NCBI GenBank assembly: GCA_963737265.1
Contig: CAVTRY010000020.1
Location: 33,559-97,558 of the forward strand
Origin: an uncultured delta proteobacterium
GTDB taxonomy: Bacteria > Myxococcota_A > Polyangia > Fen-1088
Direction of reading: 5' to 3'
DNA: 64,000 nt
In this document: positions 21,203-31,263 of the stretch, piece by piece
Position numbering within the stretch: position 1 is the first letter of the stretch
How the letters are laid out: every line of letters starts with the position of its first letter
Translations under genes and position numbers: made by a program
Notes under the pieces: generated by a model
Seen by the model: only the letters and a program-made list of their open reading frames with translations
Told to the model about the DNA's origin: nothing
Databases searched by the model: none

Positions 21203-21640
21203 GACCATAGGCATTTCGAAGGGGTGTTTTGAGCGTCGGAGAACCCTGCCGGACCGCATCAGGTCGGCCCTGATCACGTTGGCGCAGCGCACTTGACCGG
21301 GTTTCTGGGGCCTGACGGGGTCTTTCTCGAGCACGCAGGGCAGTCTACTCCATCCCGCCCTGGTCGAGGTGCCGTCAGTTCAGCCAGTCTCCGCCCTCGC
21401 CACCAGATTGCGAGGGAGGCGGCCGTGCGGGCCAGAGCTTGGGCGCCTCGATGGGTAGCCCCATGGCAGAGAGAATCTTTTTGATGGTGTCCTCGGTCTC
21501 GATCATGGCGATGAGGCGCAGCGGGCTCTTGCAGCGCGGGCAGATCGTGTCGATGTCGAATGTCTTTTTAGGAGCTGGCTCCAAGAAACGTAGTGTGAAA
21601 GGGGCAGTGAAGGCTTGTCGTTTTCCTCGGGCATGGGCAC
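21203..21640 (-). mobile_element. IS91-family remnant (transposase C-terminus plus oriIS-like end)
   Basis: SHYVSWSQLL...TFDIDTICPRCKSPLRLIA. The end reads CTTCGAAATGCCTAT on the minus strand. Paralogous to 5740-6100, with a 50-bp piece also at 19450-19500. Confidence 0.72.
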
Positions 21641-21905
21641 GGTGATGAGCCCAGTCGAGAAATCGACGTCGGACTTGCACAGCCCCAGCAGTTCGCCCTT
21701 TCTCAGGCCGGTGTAGATGGCCGTCGCAAAAAGCGGCTGCCACCGCTTCGACACGGCCTGCAGAACGAGCGGCACCTCGCGCAGCCGTAGAAACTCAGGC
21801 TTGCCCTTGGGCGCGCGGCGTCGCTGAACTTCCTTGGCCGGATTCGGCCCCTCCCACCGACCGGCACGCTTCGCGCAGTTGAAGGCCGTGAGCACGAACC
21901 GTCGC
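21641..21905 (-). pseudogene. Tyrosine recombinase/integrase fragment
   Basis: NPAKEV...ATAIYTGLRKGELLGL..SDVDF. Confidence 0.8.
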
Positions 21906-22175
21906 GGGTGGTTCAGAAATGTTTGCCGGCGGGGCGACGTGAGGCCGCCATCAAGCGCCTACTGGCGCAGACACGCCGCTTGAGATTCGACTCGGCCCGT
22001 CCCCTTACGATGAAGTCGCACCTCAGACGCGCTGCAAGCGCCGGCGATACGCATGCACGGAATTGCCGAACTCGCGAACGCCACCGGCGGTTTCCCCATG
22101 CAGCCCGCTGAGGGCGACTTCGCTTGACCCAGCGGCAACCTTCGGCGAGTATGCTGCGGTTCAGCAGATTGGAGG

Positions 22176-22631
22176 TTGGAGCCGATGTCACGATGTCTGT
22201 TGAGAGTTCGAGGTCGGGTTTTCCAGAAACACTCACTCCGTCCCGCCGGTATCTTGCTGCTCCTGTCGGTCATGCCGGCTGGTTGTACGGGAATGCTCGT
22301 CAACGCACGAGAATCGACGCTCTCGGGGGCTTCGATGACCTGCCGAATTTCGCAGGATCGTCCAAGCCCCAACCATCTGCGCCTCAAAGTGGAGGTAAAA
22401 CCACCTTGCACCACCGATTGGTCCGAGCTCGCGGTTCTTTCGCACGGCCAGCCGCTGACTGAAATCATCCGTCAGAAGATTCCAGTGCTGTTCCAAAATG
22501 AAGTTGCCAGCCTGGACAGCAATGCCTTTGCCCCACCGCCGGCAGGGACCATCCTGACCGTTCACGTGCAGGCCGAGTGCACGGCGAATGCCCGCAAGAC
22601 GGATGGTGTCACCACCTGCGAAATGCCCTGA
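22176..22631 (+). CDS. Hypothetical lipoprotein
   Basis: Hydrophobic stretch followed by PAGC. First gene of a tightly packed cluster. Confidence 0.6.
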   Translation: MEPMSRCLLRVRGRVFQKHSLRPAGILLLLSVMPAGCTGMLVNARESTLSGASMTCRISQDRPSPNHLRLKVEVKPPCTTDWSELAVLSHGQPLTEIIRQKIPVLFQNEVASLDSNAFAPPPAGTILTVHVQAECTANARKTDGVTTCEMP

Positions 22632-22637
22632 GGCCAC

Positions 22638-23489
22638 ATGAGCGACAAGCCTTCCCGGACAGGGCAAACCGCTACCCAGGCGGTGGAACGGCAGCCTACC
22701 TGCAGAGGCTGCGGCCAACCCCTGCCTCCCGGCATCGCGCCAAAGCGTTCAAGATTACTGGCCTTGATACGGGCCCACTGGCTAAAGATACTCATTACAG
22801 CTGTCACGCTGACGACCACTGTTCTGGAAGTCTTTGTCCTTCGGCCGAGTCCCTTGTCAGCGGTATTCACTGAGGTGCGGTTGGATCTGCCGCCTGGCGC
22901 CTCCCTAACCATCGAGCCCGACATCCTAGATTCGGCCAGTGATGTGAAAAGCGGCGATGACCCGGTCGGTCTAGGAAAGCTGGAGAGCCTTTGGTTCACA
23001 GCCGCCCAGAATGCCGGCTGCCGGTCGCTGCAGATTACCTACTCAGGCAAGAACGCACCTTCCAGATTGAAAATCTTCCCGCGTGCCGAACACGGTCAGG
23101 ACTGCGCTGCAGATTTTGGCGTCCTGCCCCTGGGCGCGGGTAAGGTGCTGGCCGCAAAGCGGCCGGCACTCCTCACAGTGGAACTAGCTCACGAACCGCA
23201 AGGCCCCTTCACCACAGACCAGGTCGTCCGATGCATCTCCGGTACCGCACTAAGCGGAGAGGGGCCAGCCCTCGATGGCGCCGGCTTCCTGGCCACGCAT
23301 GAGCTCCGGGTGTGCGGCAGCGGGTTGACAATACAGTCTCTAAGGCCGTCGAATGATGGGAACCAGGGCGACCTGAAGGCAGTCCTGGTCTTTGATCGCA
23401 CCCCACAGATAACCATCGATGGCCACGATACATCCTGGTGGCGCCGCTGGAAGCTTGTGCAGCTCGTCGTGGGGAAGCTTCATGGTTAG
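22638..23489 (+). CDS. Hypothetical membrane-anchored protein
   Basis: N-terminal CxxC, one TM helix and a beta-rich extracytoplasmic part. Overlaps the next gene. Confidence 0.65.
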   Translation: MSDKPSRTGQTATQAVERQPTCRGCGQPLPPGIAPKRSRLLALIRAHWLKILITAVTLTTTVLEVFVLRPSPLSAVFTEVRLDLPPGASLTIEPDILDSASDVKSGDDPVGLGKLESLWFTAAQNAGCRSLQITYSGKNAPSRLKIFPRAEHGQDCAADFGVLPLGAGKVLAAKRPALLTVELAHEPQGPFTTDQVVRCISGTALSGEGPALDGAGFLATHELRVCGSGLTIQSLRPSNDGNQGDLKAVLVFDRTPQITIDGHDTSWWRRWKLVQLVVGKLHG

Positions 23490-24447
23490 TCGACTGACGA
23501 TTGGAGTTCTCGTCCTCGCCACAGGCTGCGGCGCTGCCCACGTAGCTGAACGTCCGATGGTCAGCAACTCTGACACGACAGAAGTCAGGCTGCTGCTGGC
23601 CGCTCGGTTTTGCGACGGGACGAAGGACTCCGCCCTAGGCGAGATCGTCCAAAATGAAGGATGCAAGTTGGAGGAAGCCTTCAGGCGGCGAGGCATTGAT
23701 GTCGCGTATTCTGTGCTCGACCCAACGAGAGCCCAGGTTCTGGCGGCAGCGGCGCCAGAACAAGCCCGAAGGCTCATCGTTGTGTACGTCGGACATGGGC
23801 AGTCGGCGGATCGGAAGACTGGGCAGCTGCTGACCAAGGAGGAAGCGCTGCTCGCACCCCCGATCTCCCTACGTTCGGTCCTCTGCTTGCGCGATGGACC
23901 GCTGGTCATGGATCGCTTAGTTGAAGAGTTCCGTGACCCAACCCCCTCGGCTATGCTGATTGCCAACGCGTGCAGATCGGCCCACGTGGACGCCAGCCGG
24001 GCTCGCATCGATCTCAGCGTGCTCTCAGCCTCGACCCTCGAAGAGGGGCGAGCGGCGCGCCACACTCCGCTAGGGCAAGCCCTCATAGACGCCTTGACGC
24101 AGGATCTAGACTTGGACGGCGACGGATACGCCTCGGACTTCGAGCTATTCGATGCAGTGGAGAGACGCTTTGCTCGCAATTTTGGCGAGCCTGATCCCAA
24201 GCTACGTCGACAGCTCAAGAGTCCATTCACTCTATTCCCTTCCGGGCGTTCCCCTCACACGGCAGAGATCCCAGCACTACGCTCGGCCGGAGAGCGCTAC
24301 CTATTCGCCGGCCGCGATCATATTCGATTCGCAGGCCGAACCGACAAAGAACTTCGGGCTCAAGCAGGAATCCCCAATCCCGACGTGTTGGCTGACGTTC
24401 CTTGCCACGAGCCGGTCGGCCAATGCTTCCAGTATCTGCCTCCGTAG
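23482..24447 (+). CDS. Caspase-like (peptidase C14) lipoprotein
   Basis: Lipobox-like ATGC, IVVYVGHG (His), IANACRS (Cys) and a DLDGDG acidic loop. Confidence 0.72.
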   Translation: MVSRLTIGVLVLATGCGAAHVAERPMVSNSDTTEVRLLLAARFCDGTKDSALGEIVQNEGCKLEEAFRRRGIDVAYSVLDPTRAQVLAAAAPEQARRLIVVYVGHGQSADRKTGQLLTKEEALLAPPISLRSVLCLRDGPLVMDRLVEEFRDPTPSAMLIANACRSAHVDASRARIDLSVLSASTLEEGRAARHTPLGQALIDALTQDLDLDGDGYASDFELFDAVERRFARNFGEPDPKLRRQLKSPFTLFPSGRSPHTAEIPALRSAGERYLFAGRDHIRFAGRTDKELRAQAGIPNPDVLADVPCHEPVGQCFQYLPP

Positions 24448-24457
24448 AGTCAATCTC

Positions 24458-26539
24458 ATGCCAACGACCTTCGTCCTTTTCCTGATCACGCTCGCATCCG
24501 TGCAACGTGAACAGCCTATGACTCATTCCGAGGTGGCGGCACTGGTGACCGAATTGAACGCAGGTTTGACGGGAACTACCAGAACTGACGCCCGCGGCCC
24601 CTTAAGCTGCACCGAACTCGAGAAGATCTCCAACCGCCTTCGTGACCGAGGCGCGGACGGGAACTCTGACACGGCTCTCCTACGGGAACTCCTGCGGGAA
24701 CTGCGGCGCGCGGCCAAGTGTCCTCCCGGCACGCAATCTACGAAGACCAAGGTCCGCCACACTACGTTGTGGACGGCCTTCCAGACGGCCCGCACGGCCT
24801 GGCTTGAAACTCCATCGGTGAAACAACTTTCCGACGTATCAGAAAGAGTGCCCCTTCTAGGGATGCCTCTACTATTTTCGTTGGGATCTTCCTTGGAAAC
24901 GCTCTCTCTCGAAACGCAGAAACTATTAAGCCTGGCTGCCCTTCCCTTGCTGCGCACTATCTCGGTCACCGATGCTCGTTTTCCCCAGCTCCTGTCTGTC
25001 TTGTCGTTGCACGTTCTGTCTGAGGATGCGGTCAGAATGCTGGATCAGATCGCCGGTTCATTGTCCGACAAGGATCTCAGCGGTAAACGCGGCCAAGTAA
25101 TCGCTGCCTCCGTGGTCAATCTGCTGGACCGGCTGCCCGCACAGCCATTGGACGCCAATCAGTTCGATGTCGTTCTGAAGTTCTTTCAGCGACTGAGCCA
25201 CGCGAACCCTGACTGGTGCACGGCCGAGCACGCTGGCCCCATTGTCGACTTCCTTGTACGTCTGTCGCAGCAAGATCCTGCTCTGCTGGCGTCGCAGCAA
25301 GGGGGCACGCTGTTGGTCGTGCTAACTGGACTGATGGAGCACTTCAATCTGCCACATCTGAAGCGTGAGCAACTGGACGCAGTAATGAGCCTAGTGGCCA
25401 AGATAGCTGCGGACAGCACCGTGGACGCAGAGTCTATTCAGACCACAGTGCAGCACTGGCAGGACATCCGACAAATAGTGGATGCCACGCGCGACCCTAA
25501 ACGACGCGAAATATTGTCGTCAGCGATCGAGGAGGTCTGCAAGCGAAACGGCGGCTGCCCAGAGGCACTGGCCAAAGAAGTGGAAAAGACCGAACCTGAT
25601 CCGCGGATGGTCAGTTCACTTCTGATCACGATTGGTATTGCGCAAGCGGAACGAATTCGCGCCCAGCAGGCCAAACTGGAACGAGAGCAAATTCCATTGG
25701 CGGCGATCCTGCGAAAGCAGGTGCTTGTCGTCCCAAAACGACTGGAAGAATGTCGGACCGATCGTCCACCAAACCCAATCTGCGATAAGTGGCGCAAGTT
25801 CACGACTGCGTTTGGTGAGATGGTGACCGGGGCCTCTCTTCATCGAGGAAATACGACGGCCGAGGTTGACTATTCACTAGACGCGATGTTGGAAGAGGCT
25901 GCTTGCACGCTAGCGTCGCCTTCCCAGCCGAGCGCTGGAACAACGCCCTGTGCGATGTGGAAGAATTCACCTGGCTTTGGCAGTTTCGTCGGCATCGAGC
26001 TTCGACCGCAAGACCAAGCTGGAAATAGCGCAGTGAAGTACATCGCTCATTCCGCATGTGTGGTACGTGTACTTGACGGGCAGCCCGCCCGCAGCAACGA
26101 ATTCAGTACAGAATACCTATCTTCCGCGGCGGACGAGCAGGTCTTTGTCGGCGAGGCCCTACGTTTAGGTGAGCGGGTTCTGGATAGCTGTCCGGTTGGG
26201 AGACCAGAGGACGGCCTCTCCTCCTTCACGTTGACCAACCAGAAACCCAGCCCGCGTGCGGCCGGCGCTCTACTATTCGCAGGGCTGCCCTATCTGGTCG
26301 ATAAGCGTCCGGGAAAGGCGCCGCCTGCTTGGGCGGGCTGGACCTTGGCCGGCTTGGACGCTGGCACGTTGCTTTTGGCGGCAGGCAGTCTCGCAGGAGC
26401 GGTGTGGACACACAACACCAACCACACCTCGGCGGACAACTTGCTCTTGCGCACGGGGCTCGTCCTGACGCTCTTGAATATCTCGGTGAAGGGAACAGGA
26501 TATGGTTTCTACCGACTTTCCTATGAGGATGAGCGATGA
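24458..26539 (+). CDS. Large hypothetical protein: signal peptide, helical-repeat region, C-terminal hydrophobic helices
   Basis: 693-aa ORF with Leu-rich helices and two Gly/Ala-rich TM-like segments at the C-terminus. Confidence 0.7.
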   Translation: MPTTFVLFLITLASVQREQPMTHSEVAALVTELNAGLTGTTRTDARGPLSCTELEKISNRLRDRGADGNSDTALLRELLRELRRAAKCPPGTQSTKTKVRHTTLWTAFQTARTAWLETPSVKQLSDVSERVPLLGMPLLFSLGSSLETLSLETQKLLSLAALPLLRTISVTDARFPQLLSVLSLHVLSEDAVRMLDQIAGSLSDKDLSGKRGQVIAASVVNLLDRLPAQPLDANQFDVVLKFFQRLSHANPDWCTAEHAGPIVDFLVRLSQQDPALLASQQGGTLLVVLTGLMEHFNLPHLKREQLDAVMSLVAKIAADSTVDAESIQTTVQHWQDIRQIVDATRDPKRREILSSAIEEVCKRNGGCPEALAKEVEKTEPDPRMVSSLLITIGIAQAERIRAQQAKLEREQIPLAAILRKQVLVVPKRLEECRTDRPPNPICDKWRKFTTAFGEMVTGASLHRGNTTAEVDYSLDAMLEEAACTLASPSQPSAGTTPCAMWKNSPGFGSFVGIELRPQDQAGNSAVKYIAHSACVVRVLDGQPARSNEFSTEYLSSAADEQVFVGEALRLGERVLDSCPVGRPEDGLSSFTLTNQKPSPRAAGALLFAGLPYLVDKRPGKAPPAWAGWTLAGLDAGTLLLAAGSLAGAVWTHNTNHTSADNLLLRTGLVLTLLNISVKGTGYGFYRLSYEDER

Positions 26540-27724
26540 CGCGCGCAGGATTACTTGCCTTGCTGCTTGCATGTTCATGCGACCCAGGCGCAGTTTGGAC
26601 TTTTCCTCGACAGACCCTGCGGACGGATGCCACAAGCCCACCCGACGCCTCTCGACGAGAAGACGGGGCTGGTGACAAGCAAGTCGACGGCATTGATGGC
26701 TCCGCCTTCGACACACCGCAGACCACATTCACTGTGCAGGATGCTGAGCCTTCCAATGGCCTGGTCGACGCGGAGCCCTCCGTCCTCCCTCTCGACTCCA
26801 TGGCCGAGGCCAGGGTTGATTTGCCCCTGGACGTCGCAACGAGCGCCGATGTGGCGTCTGACCTGGCCACGGCAGGGACTGGCGACGCCAGTACCTCGGA
26901 AAATGTGGAGGCCGGTGCAGTAGCACAGACTTGCGTTCCACGCGACATTGCCATGGATTTCGAACCCTCAGACCGCTGATGGCAGCGATCCAAATACGCG
27001 CTGCAACTCCACGAATTCGGTGCTTAAGCTCACCTACTCTATTGACGTAGGCACCTGGGGTGGGTGCGTGTTAGCCACAGATGACTACGTACATCTGTTT
27101 GACTCCGATCAAGCAGGTGGAGGTCAAGGTGTCATCGAAGTGCGCACATGCGTGGTTGGGCAACCCGCAACCGGATCGCTCAACCTATATTACGGTCTCT
27201 TTCCCGCGCGCCGCTGGTTCTCCCTATACAACAATGGCACCTGGGCGAATGGTCAAGTTGTGGCCACAGACCAGTGCGTGACGCTACGTTTTCGCCCGCC
27301 AGAGGCCAACTATCCCGGTTCGGCCACTACCGATGCGGGAACGTATCCGCCTGTGACTTGCCCCGCAACACCGAATTCCTGCGGGGAGCATGGGAATAGC
27401 TGCGAACCGAGCGGAGGTTTTGCTCCGACCCTAATGCTTATTGGCGAATGGCCTGCGGCTCAAACGAGTGGAGTTGTCAAAATCGCCTGGGTTCGCTACT
27501 ACCCCGCCGGTTGCAATTGCGAAGTCGACACGGATTGTGCTTCCAATACGACCTGCACGACATTTCACAACACCGGTGACTGTTCGGCAATCAATGCTCC
27601 CGGCGTTTGCGCCGATTGCACAGGCCGAGGCGATCCTTGCCAGGTGACAGGCCTGGGCAAAACCTGCCAAGCATCCCTGATCTGCGTCCAGGGTGCCGTT
27701 CAATGTCCTTGCTCACCGGAATAG
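26536..27724 (+). CDS. Cys-rich lipoprotein (probable frameshift near 26965 joining two ORFs)
   Basis: Lipobox LLAC, an acidic linker, then a beta-sandwich-like part and a Cys-rich tail in the overlapping frame. Confidence 0.6.
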
Positions 27725-27751
27725 CCGTGCAGCGAGCAACCTGACTCAGAA

Positions 27752-28297
27752 GTGAGCAAAGCGAACATGTCTTACGAAATTGGGCGTCTTCAGGAATTGG
27801 TCGACGACGGGGGACTGGATCAGGTTGCCCTTGAGATCACAAGGATGCGTGCAAGGCGAGAGTTCTTGCCCAGGAACTTTGAGAACTTCATTTCTCACCG
27901 ATTTCCGGGGATTCTGATGAACAGGTATTTTTGCTGGCATCCTGGTTTCGCAATGGAAAAGCTCACGAAAGCCTTTCCCGACTGGGATGCAAGGGTGAGA
28001 ACCGCCGCTCTAGACGGTACATTGCCGACGTTGGTGGCGATGATGCTGAGGAAGGTTGGTGTCCGTAGCGTGCGTCTAGTGATCCCCGCCGACTTGGTCA
28101 ACGACGCAGCCGCTACTGCTGCCCAAGACCTTCGGCACACATACTCTTGTCCCACGACCATGATTGAGGGATACACTTACGTCACCGTTCGTCGGCCGCC
28201 CGATTCCAGCTTGAGACCTATCTCGACCGGTACATTCTCATCGACGAGAAAGCGTAACAACGCGCTCTCCCTCGACGCTATCGGCCGCATAGGCTAG
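27752..28297 (+). CDS. Hypothetical cytoplasmic protein
   Basis: 181-aa ORF ending the cluster. Its 3' end overlaps the convergent DUF433 gene. Confidence 0.55.
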   Translation: MSKANMSYEIGRLQELVDDGGLDQVALEITRMRARREFLPRNFENFISHRFPGILMNRYFCWHPGFAMEKLTKAFPDWDARVRTAALDGTLPTLVAMMLRKVGVRSVRLVIPADLVNDAAATAAQDLRHTYSCPTTMIEGYTYVTVRRPPDSSLRPISTGTFSSTRKRNNALSLDAIGRIG

Positions 28298-28504
28298 TGC
28301 GGCACGCACGTCCCGTTCCTCGATTTCGTACGAGCGACAGATTTTCTGGACGCCGGCGCCGTCAGCCAGGCCGCCAACGATCACCGCCACGGATACCCGC
28401 GAACCCTTGATGACCGGCTTGCCCGCGAGAACCTTCGGATCGATGACGATATGATCACGCCAATCGTCCGGGGGAACGCGATGGGCTGTAGCTGTTCGAG
28501 CCAT
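28238..28504 (-). CDS. DUF433 domain protein (antitoxin-like)
   Basis: IVIDPKVLAGKPVIKGSRVSV...DVRAALAYAA. Confidence 0.9.
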   Translation of the reverse strand: MARTATAHRVPPDDWRDHIVIDPKVLAGKPVIKGSRVSVAVIVGGLADGAGVQKICRSYEIEERDVRAALAYAADSVEGERVVTLSRR

Positions 28505-28713
28505 GATGAACCTCTTTGGCGCTGACCAAAACCTGACCGTGGTGCACCTTGGCTCACGACCATGTGACTGGCCACCGCTTCTTTAGGGCTATGCCCCGCC
28601 ATCGATTCCGTCAACGATGACGCCGCATTCGGCGAAGAAATGAGAAAGGCGCAGGTAAAAGCCCGTCTGAGACTTTCACCTGCACCTATCTATGATGCGA
28701 ATATCTCGGCGCG

Positions 28714-29700
28714 CTAGATCGTATCGCCCGCCTTGGCCTCGGCAACGCCGGCCAACGTACTTTCGAAGAGAGGACCAGACAGGTACCGCTCGCCAGAGTC
28801 TGGCAACACGACCACGATAGTCTTGCCGGCAAATTCGGGGAGGGCCGCAAGCCGCGCCGCCACCGCCGCCGCGGCACCGCCGCTGACCCCGGAAAGAATC
28901 CCCTCTTCAGAGGCCAGGCGTCGGGCAAAGGCTATCGAGTCGGCCGAATTGATCTGCTCGACCCGGTCCACCTCGGACAGGTCCAACGTCTTGGGAATAA
29001 AGCCCGCGCCGATGCCCTGGATCTTGTGGGGTCCCGGTTTGATTTCTTGTTTGGCCAGGGCCTGCGTGATGACCGGGCTCTCCGTGGGCTCGACCGCCAC
29101 GCTGATGATGGCCTTGTGTTTTTGCTTCTTGATGAAGCGCGAGACTCCCGTGATGGTTCCGCCCGTGCCAACGCCCGAGACCAGAATATCGATGGCGCCG
29201 TTGGTGTCTTCCCAAATTTCCGGGCCCGTGGTGGACTCGTGAATGGCGGGATTGGCCGGGTTCTCGAATTGTTGGGGCAGGAAGTAGCGCTTGGGATCGG
29301 AATCGCGGATCTCGGTTGCCTTCTTCACCGCGCCGTTCATTCCCTTGGGCCCTTCGGTTAGCACGATGGTGGCGCCAAAGGCCTTGAGCACTTTGCGTCG
29401 CTCGATGCTCATGGTCTCTGGCATCACCAGGGTGAGCTTGTAGCCGCGCGCAGCGGCCACGAAGGCCAGGGCAATACCGGTGTTGCCCGAAGTCGGCTCG
29501 ACGATTTCCACACCGGGCTTGAGCAGCCCCTTCTTCTCGGCATCCCAGATCAACGCCGCGCCCAGGCGGCACTTGACCGAGTACGCCGGGTTTCGCCCCT
29601 CGATCTTGGCGAATACCTTGCTTCCCGCGGGCACGACACGGTTCAGTTGAATGAGCGGCGTGTGACCAATAGAGAGCGAGTTGTCTGTGAAACTGGCCAT
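28714..29700 (-). CDS. cysK: Cysteine synthase A
   Basis: NPAYSVKCR (PLP lysine), [23 protein letters not shown] and PDSGERYLS. Confidence 0.96.
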   Translation of the reverse strand: MASFTDNSLSIGHTPLIQLNRVVPAGSKVFAKIEGRNPAYSVKCRLGAALIWDAEKKGLLKPGVEIVEPTSGNTGIALAFVAAARGYKLTLVMPETMSIERRKVLKAFGATIVLTEGPKGMNGAVKKATEIRDSDPKRYFLPQQFENPANPAIHESTTGPEIWEDTNGAIDILVSGVGTGGTITGVSRFIKKQKHKAIISVAVEPTESPVITQALAKQEIKPGPHKIQGIGAGFIPKTLDLSEVDRVEQINSADSIAFARRLASEEGILSGVSGGAAAAVAARLAALPEFAGKTIVVVLPDSGERYLSGPLFESTLAGVAEAKAGDTI

Positions 29701-30061
29701 GAAATGTTCCCTTTCTCGAAGTTTTCTTCTGTTGCCACCAAGAACAGATCTTTTCTAGCAGACACGGCGCTTGTAAGCTAGACATTCCTTGGAATGGTGG
29801 CGCCATCGCGCAGAACCAGCGACTCGGGCACCGGGGTCAGCGCATCATCGCGCGAGCCAAAGATATTGGTGCCGCGCAGCTGGTGCTTGTGCCCTCGCGA
29901 CAGATGTCATCCTCGCGACTATCGCCAATTGAAGTCCATCTAGCAAGACGCGCTTCCATTGTTAAAATGGACCACCCCTGCGCACCCAGTCCTGACGAGG
30001 TGCCGAAGTCCGTCAGCGCAGACTACTCGCGTGTGCGCGCGGGGACGGATAGAGTCCGGGA

Positions 30062-30610
30062 ATGTCCGCGCCAAAGAAGCCCGAAAGATCCAGCGGTCCG
30101 TTCTTGCTGCAACCCGTCGGTTGGGTTTCTTCACCGTACCAGCGGCGCTTCGGCACGCCTCAACAGGCGGCGGCGGTGGATTCCGACGTCGAGGCGGTGC
30201 TGGAGATGGACAGCGAGCGCATTCCGGCGACGGCGTTCGCCGATCTGGTCGGCGTCGAACGAATTTGGGTCGTCAGTTGGCTTCATCGCGGCGGCACCTG
30301 GGCGCCCTTCGTGCGCCCGCCTCGTGGTACGCGCGCGCGTCGCAGTCTGTTCGCCACCCGCTCGCCCGACCGGCCCAATCCCGTTGGTTTGTCGGCCGTG
30401 CGCCTGCTGCGCGTCGACGGCTGCAACCTGCACGTGCGCGGCATCGACCTCATCGACGGCACACCCGTTCTCGATGTGAAACCCTACATTCCCTACGCCG
30501 ACGCGTTTCCCGATTCCAAGGCAGGTTGGATCGACGAGATTCCCAAGGATGCGCCACAGATAGCTCGACCGCCAAAGCGCGCTTGTGGGCCGCCGAACAA
30601 TCCGCATTGA
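30062..30610 (+). CDS. trmO: tRNA m6t6A37 methyltransferase TrmO (TsaA)
   Basis: FATRSPDRPNPVGLS and DLIDGTPVLDVKPYIPYAD. Confidence 0.9.
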   Translation: MSAPKKPERSSGPFLLQPVGWVSSPYQRRFGTPQQAAAVDSDVEAVLEMDSERIPATAFADLVGVERIWVVSWLHRGGTWAPFVRPPRGTRARRSLFATRSPDRPNPVGLSAVRLLRVDGCNLHVRGIDLIDGTPVLDVKPYIPYADAFPDSKAGWIDEIPKDAPQIARPPKRACGPPNNPH

Positions 30611-30765
30611 CTTCCGCACTCCAATTGCGCAAGCGTCAGTGATACCCGACGAATCATCAGGCGACGCATCGGACGACATCGGCGAGCAATGTCTGTCGCC
30701 AGCGATCCTGGAGCTCCTTCCCGGGCAGGACGAAACGACGCGCGGGAAGTGGCTTTTCTCGAATC

Positions 30766-31086
30766 GTGATTGCCGGCATCGGCCTCTGCGGACCGGCGTA
30801 TATGGTGCCGCTAGGATTTTTGTTCGGCCTGGTCCACGGCGGTCTTTTTCCTGCCCTGATGGCGTTACTGTTCGAGGGCGTTGATCCCGCTGCGCGCATC
30901 ACTCTCGCCGGACTTGCGAACGGCCTGCTCCACCTCGGCATGATGAGCGTCTTCCTGTTCGGGGCGCTGGCCAACCACACTGGATTCGCGTTGGTCTTCG
31001 AGTCGGCCGGAGCCTTGGTAGCGGCGTCGGCTATTTTCCTTGTTCCCCGCGCCGTGCCGTCCAAGGGCCCGAACGCGGGACTATGA
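30766..31086 (+). pseudogene. MFS transporter C-terminal fragment
   Basis: Several TM helices including GLVHGGLFPALMAL. No N-terminal half. Confidence 0.6.
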
Positions 31087-31263
31087 GTTCGCAGCCCAGG
31101 CGTTGCGATTCAGGACATCGACGGTGAACGCCTCGAGATCCCTTTGAACCATTCCGAAACATTCCTTCCTTGCGCTGGTTGGGACGCCTGTGACATCTTC
31201 CGCTGGCGTGAGGCAGCAGAGACCATGAGGGCGAACTGGTCGCAGGAAGGCGGCTCACCCGCC

